64,000 nucleotides of DNA from the human T2T-CHM13v2.0 reference genome, Homo sapiens, in assembly GCF_009914755.1 (NCBI RefSeq), contig NC_060927.1, one strand, 5' to 3'. Positions 60,326 to 64,000 of this stretch are shown in pieces. The position numbers were made by a program, and so were the translations under genes. The notes under the pieces were generated by a model. The model saw only the letters and a list, made by a program, of their open reading frames with translations. It had not been told where the DNA came from and did not search any database. Position 1 is the stretch's first letter; each line of letters starts with the position of its first letter.

Positions 60326-60772
60326 TATTATTTTTAACTGACATAAAATTGTATATATTTATGGTGTACAATGTCTTATTTTAATGCATGTATATATTTT
60401 CTTAACTTTGGGAACATTCAAAATCTTCTCTACCAGCTATTTGAAAATATGCCATAAATGGTTATTAACTGTAGTCACCCCACAGTGCTGCCTGTAGAGC
60501 ACTAGAACTTACTTCCCCTATCTAGCTGTAATTTTGTATCTGTTAAACAACCAATCCCTATCCTTACTACCCTCTAACCTTCCCGGTCTCTAGTAACCAC
60601 TACTCTATTCTCTACTTCTATAAGATCAACTGTTTTAGCTTCCACTCGTGAGTGAGAACGCGCATGATTTGTGTTTCTGTTCCTGGCTTATTCACTAAGC
60701 ATAATGTCCTCCAGGTTGATCCACATTGCCACAAATAAATATTTTATTATTTGTATGGCTAAATAGTATTCC
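60326..60772 (-). mobile_element. L1MA 3' end nested in the older L1
   Basis: L1MA 3' UTR motifs; TSD aat(t/g)gaatattatt (60312-60325, 60776-60789). Confidence 0.85.
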
Positions 60773-61379
60773 CACAATGGAATATTATTAAGCTTTAAAA
60801 AGGATGAACTATTCTGACACATGCTGCAACATGGCTACAACCTTGAGGTCATTATCCTAGATGAATAAAAAACAGTCACAAAAAGGTGAATATTGAATGA
60901 TTCCACTTACATGAAGTACCGGGAGTAGTGAAAATCATAGAGAAAGAATGAAGAATTACAGTTGGGGCTGAAGGCAGGAGACAGTAGGCATAGAGTTTCA
61001 GTTTTTTAGATGAAGAGTTCTGGTGATGGATTGTGGTGATTGTTGTGCAACAATATGTATGTGTTCAATGCCACTGAACTGCATAACTAAAACTGGTTAA
61101 GATAGTAAAATGTTATGTTATTTGTACTTTCCATAAAATAAAAATATTTAAAAATATTAACTTGTCTTTTAAATTATTTAAATTATTGAATAAATACATA
61201 ATATTTTCTTACATTCAGTATTTAATGACCTAATTTTTCTATTGGCAAATTAAAAAAATCATTGGAGTTAAATAAAATTGTTTTCATGCCCATTTGCTAA
61301 AATTAATAACAAGTTAAAGCTTTATACTTTTATTTTATCATTTTTCCATGTTTGAGATATGGTACCTTTTTATTTAATA

Positions 61380-61615
61380 CAGTTTGGGCATTTCAAATAC
61401 AAAAATAAAATCCAAAATGCTCCAAAATTCAATTTACTTTTTGAGTGTCGATATTATGCTAAAAATATTCAATGAGGCAGTTCAGATTTTGTATTTTCAG
61501 ATTTAGGATGTCTGATTGGGGTAGGCATAATGTAAATATTCCAAAATCTGAAAAAAAATTCAAAATCTGAATAACTTCTGATCCCAAGCATTTCAAATAA
61601 GGGACACTCAACCTG
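61380..61615 (+). mobile_element. Tigger4a (MER46A) DNA element
   Basis: CAG..TTG...CTCAACCTG termini flanked by TA on both sides; internal AAAATCT/CC repeats. Confidence 0.88.
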
Positions 61616-62479
61616 TAATACCTGTTCAAATTGCATTAGAACTGTCCATGTGTGCTTTAGAAAGTTTTTAAATAAAAGATCTTTATTCTCTATTTGTTAA
61701 ATCAATCTCATTGGCATTTGCAAATTTATTCACCATTGGTATTTTAAAGAATTTAGAGTCTTTCTAAATCTGTCTGCATGATTATTCCTTCAACGTGTAA
61801 CTATATTGTACAATGACCAAGACTGAGGAGTTTTAGCAAGATAAGTCAAGGGAAACATTTTGTATATGGAAATAGTGTGTATATGTTCTAGAGAGATAAA
61901 TCAATAGGAGGAAAAATAAAATAACTGAAGAAAAATGGAGTCATACATATTAAGCTAATAGTTAATCCCATATGATGAAAAACCTAGAGTAAACAGTTTA
62001 CTAAGGTGACATTTTCTAAACAAACCTTTACACATTTACTAGTAACCAAATTATTAAAATAATTTTATTTTATAGAACATATAATTGTAAATATTTTATT
62101 CAAGAATGACCTAAACATTCAGTGTCAATGTAAGAGAATATTTTCTAAAACAGTTCATTCACTAGTTAATGTTTCACATAGAAGACAATGAAATTGTATC
62201 TGTTTTAGTTATGAAATTCAACTAACACATAAATTAGCCACACACAAAACATGTTCTCCATCCAATCTTTGCACCATCTATCCCTTTATGATTTGTTTGT
62301 CATTCCTAACTTTATCACCAGTGCTGAGTGTAACAACAACTTTCTCTGGTTTATTATTTCCTCTCTCACGTCTGTCTTTCATCTACTCATTCTTTCTCCT
62401 CATTGTTTAAGCAAACTCCGGTACTTTTTCTCTTAAAAAAAAAAAAAAAAAGCAAAACACAACAAAACAAACAAACGAA

Positions 62480-64000
<1,521 letters not shown>

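Overview
Primate (human-like), AT-rich, non-coding genomic DNA, either a gene desert or deep intron, and heavily built from transposon remnants. I see no credible cellular protein-coding gene, RNA gene or CRISPR array, and the recognisable ORFs in the track are L1, Alu, MaLR or mariner remnants or low-complexity artefacts. Main contents: a near full-length but inactivated L1PA4-like element (50987-57137, minus strand) nested in an older L1M; further L1 pieces; an MSTA-type provirus carrying a nested LTR3-like (HML-6) solo LTR; THE1, MST, MLT and LTR16 LTRs; a decayed Hsmar2 mariner; MER30, MER3, Tigger4a and MER44 DNA elements; and 13 Alus. I found no support for a new multi-gene biological system. 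The most interesting signals are small-scale scars of templated DNA synthesis: a 34-bp copy of nearby DNA captured inside the target-site duplication (TSD) of an Alu, a perfect 24-bp hairpin inside nested palindromes, several snap-back insertions, and a ~220-bp orphan insert in an L1. Repeat subfamily names come from my memory of consensus sequences and should be confirmed with RepeatMasker/Dfam. Coordinates were counted by hand, and boundaries of old repeats are approximate.
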